Part shown: positions 39,301 to 52,936 of the stretch, piece after piece
Position numbering within the stretch: position 1 is the stretch's first letter
Layout: each line of letters opens with the position of its first letter
Origin: Paragordius varius
Taxonomy: Eukaryota; Animalia; Nematomorpha
Direction: 5' to 3'
NCBI GenBank assembly: GCA_964247055.1
Contig: OZ176051.1
Coordinates: forward strand, 4,526,001-4,590,000
DNA length: 64,000 nucleotides
Program-made: the position numbers and the translations under genes
The notes under the pieces: generated by a model
What the model was told of the DNA's origin: nothing
The model's database searches: none
Seen by the model: only the letters and a program-made list of their open reading frames with translations

Positions 39301-42300
39301 CAGGGATCGGGGGTATGCATTGCGATAAATGTGAATTGAAAGGTCATGTCGTCATTTTATCACAATCCGATAATTATCAACAACATCAACAATTAAATCC
39401 TACCCACCTAAAGAATAAACGTGGAATGTGTAGATGTAAATATTTTCAGATATTTTTTAAAATAATTGATTTAGGTAATTTTAAGTAATTTGTGAGCTAA
39501 TAATATATTCTCTTTATTTGTAAAATAACTTTTTTAAATGGTTTTTGTGTATAAATGACTTTTTTAATCGTATTTTATGATGAATGATAAAAATTAACGC
39601 AAAAATGTTTTTGTGTATTTATTTTTATATATTTTTTAAAAAAAATTTAATTTTAGCAATTTTGAGTACATTATACATTTAAAGTTTTTTGTATTAGCTA
39701 TTTTTGCTAGGAAACTCTCTTTTTCCTACGTTTTCAATAAAAAAATGTTTTTTTAATCGTATATTTTTGTGACCATAGCACTGAATAATAAAAAATGTGT
39801 TGATGTTTATATGATATAACTCTAAAAAATAAATTTGTGTAACTTTAAAATGTATTGTTAAACTTTACTGACATGACACTTTTTAATGGTTGATTTTTTT
39901 ACTCCTCTTTCTGAAAATGGTTTATTTTGATATTTGTAATTACTATTTATGGACTTAATGGTAAAAATGGGTTTAATTAATTTTTACGCTTAAACTAAAC
40001 TTGTTTTTATTAATTTAAATAATATATGAATGTTTACCGTTTAAATTTTTTTGTGTGATTTTTTTGAATTTTTATGCCGATTGTGTTAATGATGATTAAA
40101 CAATTTAATATTTGTGAAAAATTCCGGTCCCATTTTTTATAAAAATGATTGTCTTTATATGTTTAACTTACGTTTAAAACGTTTAAATGTTTTTTTAGCA
40201 TGTTATGAGGGATGTACGGCTGAACTTATGTGGGATTTAGATTACATTGAACACAAACTCAACAATAAATCTTTGATACGTGTAACACCGTTACCCTGGA
40301 AAAAATTGGATACATATTCCAATCAAACCAAATTATTGGAGGTAATATTAATCAAGTTTTTTATTTTATTGTTTAATTGAGATATCTAGATTGTTAAAAT
40401 TTTTTTATAAACACCTTTTAGGTAAAAGTAGCCAATTTGCTAAAAGAAGAGGAAATGGCCATTATACCACGTTACAATGATTTAGTCTCCAAACTTAGTA
40501 ATCAGGAAATTTCACTCAACAAACTTCAAACTATGGTATTCTTCTGTTTATTTTTGTCGATCTAAATTTGAGTTGTTTCATTAAAATTTGTATGGTATAT
40601 GGTGGTTATGAAATCTATATTTGAATAACTATTCAAAATGTATAACAATCAAAATTTATTTAATAACTGGAAATATAAAGTGAAATGTGGAAACCTCAAA
40701 TTAATAGTTGTATCGTAATAATGAGTGATAAAAAACACATAATTAGTATATGATAAGACGAAGGGTTAATATATCATTCCCTATTTTCAATCTAATTTTC
40801 TGTTTTTTCCTAAATTTATCACACAGAATTTTCAGTGGTTTATATTTTTAAAATAGCTATATTCCATTTTATTTAACAAACTTTTTTGGGTAGAATGTGA
40901 ACTTGAAAAACGGATTGACGAAAACCATAAATGATTATCAACGCTTGTTAAATGCAACGGTTGAGAGCGGTATTGATGTTAGAGAAACGCACAATGAATT
41001 AATAAGTAAATATAATTAACCTTTTTTATTTTTTTATAGGTTTTTTTTTCAAAATAATATTATTGATAAAATTAATATATTTTTTTTAGAAAATCTTTAT
41101 GAGAAATATATTTTTTAGTTAATTACTTGGTGTGTTTTATAGTTTTTTTAATTTTACATTTTAAGGTATTAAATATATTAAAATATATATTTTTTGGTAT
41201 ATATCTTATTTCTCAATAATCATACACTATAGAAATCATAACAAACCTTGCAGTTTATACGGAAAAAATTCACACAAAATTAAATGAAAAACAACCTTAT
41301 TGGGATGATATTCGAAACCTTTTTAAAAATGTTTTAATGGATACACCGCTGGAAGAAATATTTTTAAATAATTACAATAATGATGGTGAAAATTTTGATA
41401 ACATGCCAATCGCAAGTAAAAACCCTTTTACTTTTTTTAAAAAAATAGATATTTTTACTTATTAAATTATGGTTTTTCTAGGATTATTCAAAAATCTTAC
41501 AAATATTTACTGAGAATTAGTCCATCCATAAATATTTTAGAATAAAAAATTACATTTATGGTTATAATATCTATCATATTATAAAATTGTAAAATTGTTT
41601 AATAAAATTAACTATGGATATCATTTATTTAATGCTTTTTATGAATTCACAAACATATAGATATGATTGAGGAAATGAATAAAAAATATGACAGCGAAAC
41701 TATGCGGCACTTTAATGACAGTGTTATGACACTCTTAATTTCTGCCAAACAAATTATTGGTATAATATGTTCAAATTTTTAACTTTTTTAAAAGTTTTAA
41801 AATTCAAAGGATATTAAATAAATATAGATAAATAAATTTTTTAAGGTAATCTTACACAAGCTTCCGAAAAAGATTTGGGTTTAATGGATCATATGGAAAT
41901 TGCTGGAGAAGAAAATATAAAAGCTAAACAACTTTTCCATGATTTCTCCGATCAACTCAATCGCATGATCTTGAATGAAACGGCTAAAAATCAACTTTAC
42001 CAACGTTTAAATCAAGTTTGAATCATTTAATATTTATTATAAATATTTTTTAATATTATATCCATTTTTTAAAATAAATGATCATAAAATAATTATATCA
42101 TGCATTTATTTATAAACTAATCTTATAAAATGATTATATGTAAGTGTATTACAGTGGAGGTCGACTTTTTGCAATATTTTAAATAAAACTTCTCCATAAA
42201 TTGCGGTTTTTAGTTTTAATGTTGAGTTCTGCCAACGTTGCATGGGTTTCTAGTTATATAAAAACTAATAATTGTTTAAAGCCATAAGCCTTCTGCTGGT

Positions 42301-45300
42301 TTATGGGTAATTAGCTATTATAATGCGCTAAAAACATTAAAAATGATTCGGAATACAAAATTTATCAGATAAAAATTAATTAAAAACTAAAAACTTTATT
42401 TTTTTTGTAATGCCATAATGATGCGGATAAATACCATGTTTTTCACGATTAAGCATGTTATATATTGTTTAAAATTTAAATATTTTAGCTTATTTTTTCA
42501 CCTTAAAAATTAGACGGATGAATATTTGAATGAAATCCTGAATGGATTTGTTAAAGGCAAATACAATCAATCGATTCCACAAGCAGAGATATGGCTTAAA
42601 AGCGGTTTACCCGAAATAATTGGACTCAACAATAAAATAAAAGTTTTTAATCGTTTTTATATATTTTATTTGAAAAATTATTATTTTTGTTCTAAATATA
42701 AATGGTATTTATAAAAAGGAGTTTTCATGATATGATTATTATAAATTACATAACCAAATTAAATTTATATTATTAGGAAAATAATATTTTAGTTTACTTT
42801 ATATATTTATTCATGTTATTTATTAGCTAAATATCTTGGCAATATTTTCCATATACAACGATACGCATGAATATATCGATGATACAAAAGAATTTTTGAA
42901 TGATACCAACAGTATTTTGGTCGATTATAATTCCCTTCAAAAGGTATATAAATATTAATAACTTAGCACAAATTCTTTTTTTACAAAATTTTGTGATATA
43001 TAATTTGAATATATAGTTTAAACTTTTTAACTGTTTCTAAAATTTAGTAATAATTGACTTTAAAAACTTTAATAATAGGTATATAACAAACTTATGGATG
43101 AAAGTCAAACATTTATTGATAAATACGAAGCCTCCTACCTGTTCAAAATGAAAGATTATATAAACAATTTTGTTGCAAATCTTACAACAAACACAAATCA
43201 GTCGCACTCCATAATAATGCCAATGAATGTTTTAGAGGAGGCCTTTATACGCTCCAAAGATTTGGAAAATGAAGCGAAATCTTTTGAAAAGTTTGAGTTT
43301 TTTTTTCGTTTTATTTTATTTGTGCTTTTTTGTGGAATATATTAGCTTAAAAAGTGTAAAATTACATATTTTGTTCATGAGATATGGTAAGGTATGGTTG
43401 TACATTATTTTTTAAACTTGATAGGTGTGAATACAATAAATTAATTTTTATTAATGGACTATATTTGTTTCGAAACAAATTCGTTTTTTGGATTATATAT
43501 ATTTTGCATAAATTTTTTTCTATCAGAGTCCTAAAACCAACGAAAGATTTGTACACTAAACCAATGGATACCTTTAATCAATTTAAATCAATTAGTCACA
43601 CTATTAATAATATGACAATGGGATGGTTAAATTCAACTCATTATGCTGACATGTTACTTGACCAAGTTTATAAATATAAATAATTACCATAATTTATTTT
43701 GCAAAAATTTAGGTTTACTAAATTATATATTTTTTTAAAACAATTATTTATTAAAAAAGTTTTATATTATTTAACGTAATATTTCCATAAATCAAAAACA
43801 ATTGCAAACCTAAAAATGTTTCAATGCAAAAAATAGCTTTAAATTGCATTTTAATGACCATAATCATTGATAATTATAGATTATGGAATCTATTGGGAAT
43901 TCTACAAACGTTTCATTTGCTTTGGCGAAAGAGGGACAACTGTTTGAAACAGTGGCCGTGATTGCCAATAAAAATTTAACAAGTTTTTTTTTGTTTTACA
44001 ATTATATTTTATTGATTTTATATTATTTTTATTTATTATACATTTTTTTATCAACTGATAGTTATGGGTAATAAATTGAAAGAATTACAAAAATTCTTAA
44101 ATTATACGGTAAATGGAGCTTACGACGCTTATCAAGATTTAGCTTCCATGGGTCAAAACATTAAAGAAATACCGTCACTTGGTATAAATTTTTATATATA
44201 TCATCCTGGATTATTTGAGATTAGGTATAGTGATAATTAGCAATAATGTGTTTATGCTATCATTTCAAATTATGTTGAGCTTTAACCAAAATTCCAAAAA
44301 TATACTGTTTAATATCAATATTAATTTGATATAATGTTTTATTCAGTATATATTATAATTTTCTACAGGTAGTTCAAATTCACCCTTGAACAATTCAAAT
44401 TCCACTAAAAAACAATTATGTTGTTTTCGAACTAATATAACTCATTATTAATATAATCTTTATGGCATAGTTTATTATTTTTTCAGTATTATTTTAATTT
44501 TAAACAATATTTTATTTTTATAAAAATATTAAATATAGGTAATTTTTAATTTTAAAATCCACATAATTTATTTAGGGTGAATTTAAATTGTTCAAGGGTG
44601 AATTTGAATCGTAAATGGTATAGTTATATGTCGCAAATCCTTAATCATTATCACAATTATTAACGGTTACTAAAAACTATGATCTTATTTAAGTTTTAAA
44701 AAAATAATTAAAGCATGTTTTAGCTTACAAGCGCCCTTATTTACCACTAAAACTTTTGATGATGGAATAATTGTATAAATTTTGTCTACCGTTAGAAATT
44801 ATATTTTTATTTAAAACATCTTTTCACCCATAATTTTGTTTAAATCCAAATTATATATGATAGAAGTGAATCAAACTTTGGCCATGAGTCAAACCAAATT
44901 GACCGAATCGGAAAAATTGGGAAAACGCATATCGTACATGCGAAATTTGATTGATACCGAGTTGAAAGAAAATTTTTCACGCGTTGCTACATTGGCTAAT
45001 AGCCGAAGTGTCCAAGAAATTAGTGATCAAAGTATAAATTTGCAATATATATTATGAATATCGTAAAACTTTTTTACACAACTATGGAAAAAACCATTAT
45101 TCATTTACTTTTCTCAAACTTAAATTTGAAATTATTTTGCTTATTATTAACTGTTTGTAAAGTTTTATATTAAGTGTTGGTTACTTATGATATTCTTAGC
45201 ATAAAATAGCTGGTGTGCCAAAAATATAAAGATATTTATGCTGGCATATGCTTGTGCTTATATCTCTTCATGTTTTACCCATATTAATCAAGTTTTTTTG

Positions 45301-48188
45301 GCATATCTATTTTAGTTTCAAAAGTGAAAATGGATGCAACCATTATTCAAGATAAAGCCGACAATTTAGACCATCAATTTAAGGGTTTAGATGATCAGGC
45401 CATCGTACTCCAAGATGAAATTAATAGTTTGATGGATAAAATACTTATGGCCAAACAAATTGCCTCAACGGTAAATTTTTTGAGGGTTTTTTCATAATTT
45501 TTATAATTTTGACACCGTTTTTTTATATATTCAGGTGCGAGTTTCTATGCAATCTCCTAATTATGGTCAATGCCTTAGATACTATTTCATTTCTGGACTC
45601 ATGAATACGCGTTCCGTTAATCACATTGCGTTTGATTTTAAACCGGCAGATTTGCAAAGTATGTATACATGTGCGTTCATTTTGAAGGCATAAAAAATAA
45701 CCTTTTCTAGCATATTATATATGACGTTTTTTTTATACATGAAAAATATTCTTGCAGTAATAGAGACTACGGATTCGGTAATGAAACATCCCATATTACT
45801 TATCACATCGATGGATCCATCCTTTTTCCATGAAGAAAATAGTTTACAAAATTTTAATAGCTTTACCGAAAATAATGATACTACTATTCAAAATACAAAT
45901 GCGGGAGGTACAAACAAAAAAGGAAATTATATCATGGTTTCACTCGTTAAAAAACGGAGATCTTCTCCTAAAAATACCCAAGATTTGTCAATAGAATATG
46001 GTAAAAATATAGTGGCTAATCAAGAAAATGACCCAATTAGCAGTTTTATAAGATTAGATTGGCGTATCGGAATATTTAATGGTTCAAATGAAGCACATAT
46101 TGGTAATAAACAATTAAATGGTAATAATCATGATAAAGGAAACAATCCTGATCAAAATTCTCTTCCTGTAATTGCTTTGACCACCGATCAATGGTACAAC
46201 ATTGTGATCAAGAGGTTAGAATCATAAAATTTACTTAATCATATATGTTCTTTTTTTTGGTAATTAAATTTTATCATATATGTTCTTTTTTTTTCAGGGT
46301 AAATTATAATTATTTCATAGTTATATAATAAGAAACTTTATTTGTATTTCAGTCTTTTTAAAATTATAATTGCGATAATTTAGAGTTGGTGTCAAAAGTT
46401 ATCTCACAGTTTCTCTTATCAATGATCATGGCAAACAAATTGTTGGGTAAATCATTTTTTTAATAATTTTAGTATTTTTTTTAAATTAAATCAATATATA
46501 TACAGATAAAGTTATATCAATAAAATTTATCATTATATTATAAAAAAGTGAGGATCATAACTCAAAACTAACCAAAAATCAAAATGGGGAAAATGAATTG
46601 TTCCCCGAACCATTTGACGAAAATTCTGTATTTCCGTTTTTTGAAATTACGAAAGAAACCAAATTGTACATTGGCGGCACTTTTGATATGGCTAAAAGTA
46701 AGTTTTTCATATTAATTTTATGATAATATATGTATTGACCTTTTAAATAATATCTGATTAGAAATTGAATTCGTTGCGGGAAATGTACTCTATAAAATTT
46801 TTTTATACAAGGCATTTATTAGGTTTTCCGTATATTCTTTTTGTAATATATAAAATATTATAATTAAAGTATTTTTGAGCCCCCCCCCCCCCCCCCCCTA
46901 CACTATTAATATCAAAAGGTTTTGATTATGAACAAGTGTGAAAATATGCATATAATTATATCATCATTTGTCTTTAAATTAGACGGTGGTTTCAAGGGAT
47001 GCATTAGTGATTTGACAATGGACGGAGTCAATATAGGATTGTGGAATTTCCAAAAAGAAGTTGGAACTTGCACAGCTTGTCTGGAAAGGTATAGAGCGAT
47101 TTAATTTATTTTGTAAAATATAAAAGACTAAAAGTGGATTTCATTTATATTAAACTGTATTTGAACTCATGCAATCCATATATTTCAAAATATTTTATAT
47201 TATGAATTAATTAAATTTCTCATAAACTGGTTATTTATCCCTTAAAATAATTTTATTAAAAAACTTCCCAAACACATGTTTTTATTAAAAAAAACTATAA
47301 TTAATTTTAGTCCAAAAGAAACTCGTGAAGATTTAACGTATCAATTTAATGGCCATGGTAGCTATGCCACAGTACCCCAATTATCACGTTATAATCCACG
47401 CCGATTTTCAATAAACTTTGATTTTAGAACGTTTTTGGAGGATGCCCTACTTTTTGCCACCTTTGATGAAACTTATGTATGCAAAAAGCATTTGCTTGAT
47501 TTTTATTAGATTTTTATTGCATAAAAGAGGAGTCTTAAAAAACTTAGATGATATATTTTGTATTAATGTCCTTTATATTTGCGTAATTATTATTAAGTTT
47601 ATTATTTAGAGTTCTAATGTACGTCATTTATTGCGTAACTAAGGTTTTAAAATTATTGTATGTATGTATATATTGATAGAATCAAATATTTACCATTGAA
47701 TTGGTTAATGGGCGAGTCGTTTACAAATTTTCTTTGGATGGTAAAAACTTTGCAGTTATGAAAACAGATTCTACCTTTAACACAGGCGAATGGGTTAGTT
47801 TATCGGCAGAACGCTTAAATTATAGAGGTTAGTTCTTTTGGATTTTTTTCTACATCATGAGTCTTTTTTTAATGAATTAAAATTCATTTTTTTTGATTAA
47901 AGCCAATTAAAATTTTACATTATTTGGTATATTCTATGGGTATATGAATAATAATATATGATTAAATAAATTTTATTATTATTTTTGGCTCATTATAAGG
48001 ATAGTATAAAACCCACAACCTAGCAATTTTTTGAGAGAGTATACTCAACTTTATAAATGATTTTGACTTAAAAACTAAGGCTGTATTTAAAATTTAAAAA
48101 TAAAGGCCATATTTATTATAAAAATCATTACAAGGGAGGGGGGTCTACTCCCAATTAATTGCTACTTTTTTCATTATTTAAAAGCACA

Positions 48189-48219
<31 letters not shown>

Positions 48220-51200
48220 AGGTGTTTTGCGTGTAAACGAACAAATTGTTGAAGCATCAACTCCACCTTATGGTACTCAAGAACTTGAATTTGCAGACTC
48301 ACAACTTTATTTTGGTGGTTTACCCCCGGAAACATTGGCTTTATTAAGGTAATTTTATCAAAATTTATTTTTTAATTGTTAAAAAAATGTAAAATATTTT
48401 ACAGTTTGTTGGGTATGTTAACATTTTTCTGAAATTAAAAATGTTGTATGTGTGTTTGCCTATCTTTAATAAATTTAAATTTAAAGATAGTCATACTTTT
48501 TTAAATATTACCTATCGTTTTGTCTTGAAAAATAAGGAATATATAAGCCAAGTGGTGGCATGTATATATTTAACAATAACATTAGGTTAATAGAATCAAT
48601 CCAGCATCAAAAAATTCTGTTTCTTTAATAAAACATTTTTTGTTTTTATAATTTTATTTTTTACTCTAACAAATTATACTTAAATGTAGCGAAAATAACC
48701 CTTCCTTTAATTCTGCCATTAAAGCTTTCATGGGATGTATGAGACTCATACAGATTGGACAATTATCGATGGAACTTTTTGAGGGCCAAATTTATGGACT
48801 TGAAGCTGGTTGTAAACCAAAAGTAATTTACGATAAAATTGAATTTTTTACCTTCTTTATATTTGCTCATGAATCTTGAAAATATTATATATTTAACCAT
48901 TCTAGCCTGTACATACTATGACATTCTTGAATGGGGTGCCGCATAGTTTTGCTGAATATAAAATGTCACTGGATCCGACATCTGTGAACGCTAAAACATT
49001 TTACGGTCCCTCTATTAATAATATAAAAAGTAGTAATCGAAAACTATCAAAATATTTCGGGTTGTCTGAAAACGCTTTACCTCCTCCTACTTCTTTTAAC
49101 TATGATAGTGATTATCCAAATATTATCCCTCGTGCCGATATAAACAGTTTAAGCCTAACGTTTGTCACCAAAAACCCAAATGGACTTTTACTTTTATGCA
49201 ATATGAAAATGAGGAAAAAACAAATAAACGGATTGTTGTCGTTTACTCCTCAAAAGGATGTTGTCCATAATCTGCCAACCAGTAGTGGTTTTTCGGATGA
49301 CTCTAGAGGAGAATTCTCTTCAAGTGGTTCAACAGATTACGTTGAAGCGTATGCTGGCAGCATGAAAGACGATGATTACCTTGATGATATTAGTGGATAT
49401 GATAGCTCAAATGTATGTTTCATTCGTTTGATTTAGACATTTACACTATAAAATAAAGAGATTTGAGAGAGAGTTTGAAAATTTTTTATTATATACATAT
49501 ATGATATAAAAGTTATTTAAAAAGGTTTTTAGACGGTTTCGTGTTCAAAGTATACGTCCTTTAGTATATATTTATTTATGAATCCCGAAAAATCCGATTA
49601 AGTTTGTTTCCGTATAAGGCCTCATTTTCTCCGAAAAACAGGAAAACTTTATTTATTTGCTAATCCAAATTTACAATTTTTGTATACAATTACAATAGAA
49701 CATTGTTATTATACATTTGATTAATGGACACATTTACGTGCAAATTGGTAATCGAAAAGAAAATCGCTTAATGACACTCAGTACACGTAAATCGTACATT
49801 AATGAAGAAGCTATGATACCAGAAACGGGTAATAATTTGGCTGATGGACGTCCTCATGTCATATCACTCTCTAAAATATATTACAAGTAAAATTTTTTAT
49901 AGAATCGATAATTTTTTTAATAAATTAAGTTTGGAACTAAAAGCCACCCCTTTTTATCGAGGTAGGGGATAAAAATATACGGTTTAAGTGGAGTTTAGTC
50001 TAAATTGCAAATAGGTATACACTAGACCCCTTCCCCATAATAACCCCCTGATAATCGGCTTTAAACTAATAGGCATATGCTGATCATCTGCATTTTCTGA
50101 TTTTTACATAAGGTTTTAGTTTTTGATCAGGTTAAATGTCATAGGTTGAGAAAAACTTAATATTATTTAAATATATTTATTTTTTTAAAAAATTATTCTC
50201 TTAAAAAGGGTCATGATGCGGATATATTTTCCTACAACAAGGTCATTATGAGGGGTGTTTAATATATAAATTTTTTATTTTATATTTTACTCATAGTATA
50301 ACACTCCATATTGATGGAAATTACATCACTTCGGCAAATATGTTGAATGTTCCCTCAATCATAATCAATAATAATAATGACGATATCATTTCACCCGCCG
50401 CCCAACAAAATAATTTTAATGAAAAATCAACAATGATAAAAGATTCACTCTTTCCACCCATTGCATACAATAACACGCTTAAACGCATATTAATCTCTTT
50501 TGATCCATGGGGGGAAACGAATACTACTGAACAGGCGTTACAGAAATCATCACCTCATCAAGAACAAAGCTTAAATCAATTTGCACAGTTTAGTAATCAA
50601 GAAGAATCTGAAATGAATATTTTACCACAGCAAAAGGCTCAACACCAAGAACAAGGAGAAGAGATGTTATCCATCCTTCGAGTTACTAAAGTTAGTAGTT
50701 CAGGAAAGGAGGACAAAACTAATGACTCGGCAAATGCTGGAACATATCATCATTCCAATCAAACTACGAATCAAATTCAATATAATGCACATCAACAAAA
50801 TATGCGTGAAATTTATACAACTCAATTGTATTTAACACTGGGTGGATTAGCACCTATTTTAAATGAGAGAACCTCTGCGAATAATGGGGGCCATATTTAT
50901 GGAACATCGACCATATCACCTTATTTTGAATCTTTCACCGGCTGTTTACAGGATCTTATAATAAATGGAAAGTATGAAAAATAAATTAATGATTTTATAC
51001 TAAACAAATTAAATTATACAAGGCTATTAACCACAGATTTCTAGTTTATTAAATATCTCTAAATTACATATACAGCTGGTAAGTAGTTAGAATAAGCAAC
51101 GAAAAAAATAACTTTATGACAATACTTTGCTCTTTTCTGCATATACTATTATCTGGTGTTAATTAAAAAATCTAGCGATCTTAATTTACAAACATGTTTT

Positions 51201-52884
51201 TCATACAGAGTAATTTCAATGCATCAACCTATCCGATTTGAAAGAGTTAATTTTGATACATGTACGTTAAGAAACACATTTTCCAAAGTACCCATAAAAC
51301 CTGAAAATCAATTATTACTTGAAAATCAAACTTTGAACCATCATGAAAAGACCGATGATGAGTTTGAGGACTTACAGTTTACTAAATCTCTTGATACACC
51401 TAACAAGAACAAGGGTATTATATTTAATATTTTATAAAATGAGCGAATATCGAAAAATTTCCAAATGGCTTGGTATATAAGATAATATTCTCAATAATAA
51501 CACATGTAGAGCTTACGCATTTTACATATAATTTAATTTAGATAGCGCAGAGGATAAAACCATAAAATCCAAATTAGAATTAAACAAAGAATTATTTGAT
51601 GTCATTGAACCCGATTATGACGATAGCTACGATGAAGATAACGGGACACCGGAAAACGGAAAAGTATAAAGCCATGAAAATTTTTTATTCTATTTGTGAA
51701 ATTAATTATTTTATACTTGGAATTATAAAATATAAAAAGTATTTACTTAATTAAAAATTCATTAAAATTAATTTAACTCCACTTTTAGGAAATAAATTAA
51801 AAGTTATGAAAAAGCGCCTACTAAAATTTTGTTTTAAAATATGGTTAGTTCGCATAATATCGTAGAAAGTTACAAAAAAACCGTGAAAATTTCTTAAGAC
51901 TCAAAAAGAGTACATAAATGCTTTATTATAACCATATTATTATAATGTATTGTATATATATATTTCATTTATCATAATAATTAAACTTACCAATATTATT
52001 AATTAGATTATTTCGGATGATTTTATTGCCTATCCATCTACTACCAATAAATCGCCGTCCACAGCAGACACTAAAAGTAAAAATGACATTGTTTGGACCA
52101 AAACTACGACAATGCCACCTCCTATACCACCCCCACCCCCTCCCTTCCCAACCTTCATAAATTTGGATAAAAACATAAAAAATACCAAAGTTGATTATGT
52201 TGACAAACATAAAAATAATCAACATTTTATATTAACTGGTATTGATTCGTTATCGAAAGAAACTTTGAATAATAATGAGATTGGGGATGATTTGAACGAT
52301 CTATCCTCGGAAGAGGACAATAAACAAGGTTATTTGTATGATTTTTAATTTGTTGATTATTAAACCATAATCAAATCTTTTAAAAAGGTATCAATATATT
52401 AAATTTTGTAAAGTAATATGAGTAGGGCGCCGGACTCTTACATTGTAGATGTGTAGAGTGCCAGAGTTCAAAACCCCGTCGCAATTTTTCCACCATCATT
52501 GTCAATTAGGCCTGGGTATGCGAGTGTTAAAGCTTTCACAAGTCCTGATACAATTTAAGTCCTTACCCTTTAAGTAAAATGAAAAAAAGATGATACTCTA
52601 AACTATTTATATGTATAGCATCTGAGGTTTTCCATACATTGTTGCTTTAATTTATACTAAACTGTTTGACATAATTGAAATTTCAGGACCTCATATTCTG
52701 GAAGAAACCAACCACAAAAACACAAACATTAATTATGATGATTCTTCAGATTCCGAGTATGTTCCCATCATAACCAATGACACTTTGAATGAATTGTCAG
52801 TTAAACGTTTGGAATTAATAACTGCAAAAAAATTTCCACAAAATACTGGAATGCCAAAAGAGGTGCCTTCCAAAGAAATAGTAA

Positions 52885-52936
<52 letters not shown>

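Noticed and set aside
46880-46898. C19 homopolymer as a G-quadruplex or regulatory element
   Set aside because: It is an isolated intronic homopolymer of unreliable length with no further structure.
49303-49311. RGE tripeptide as an integrin RGD site
   Set aside because: RGE is the classic inactive variant. I saw no RGD in the exons I translated, but I did not scan exhaustively.
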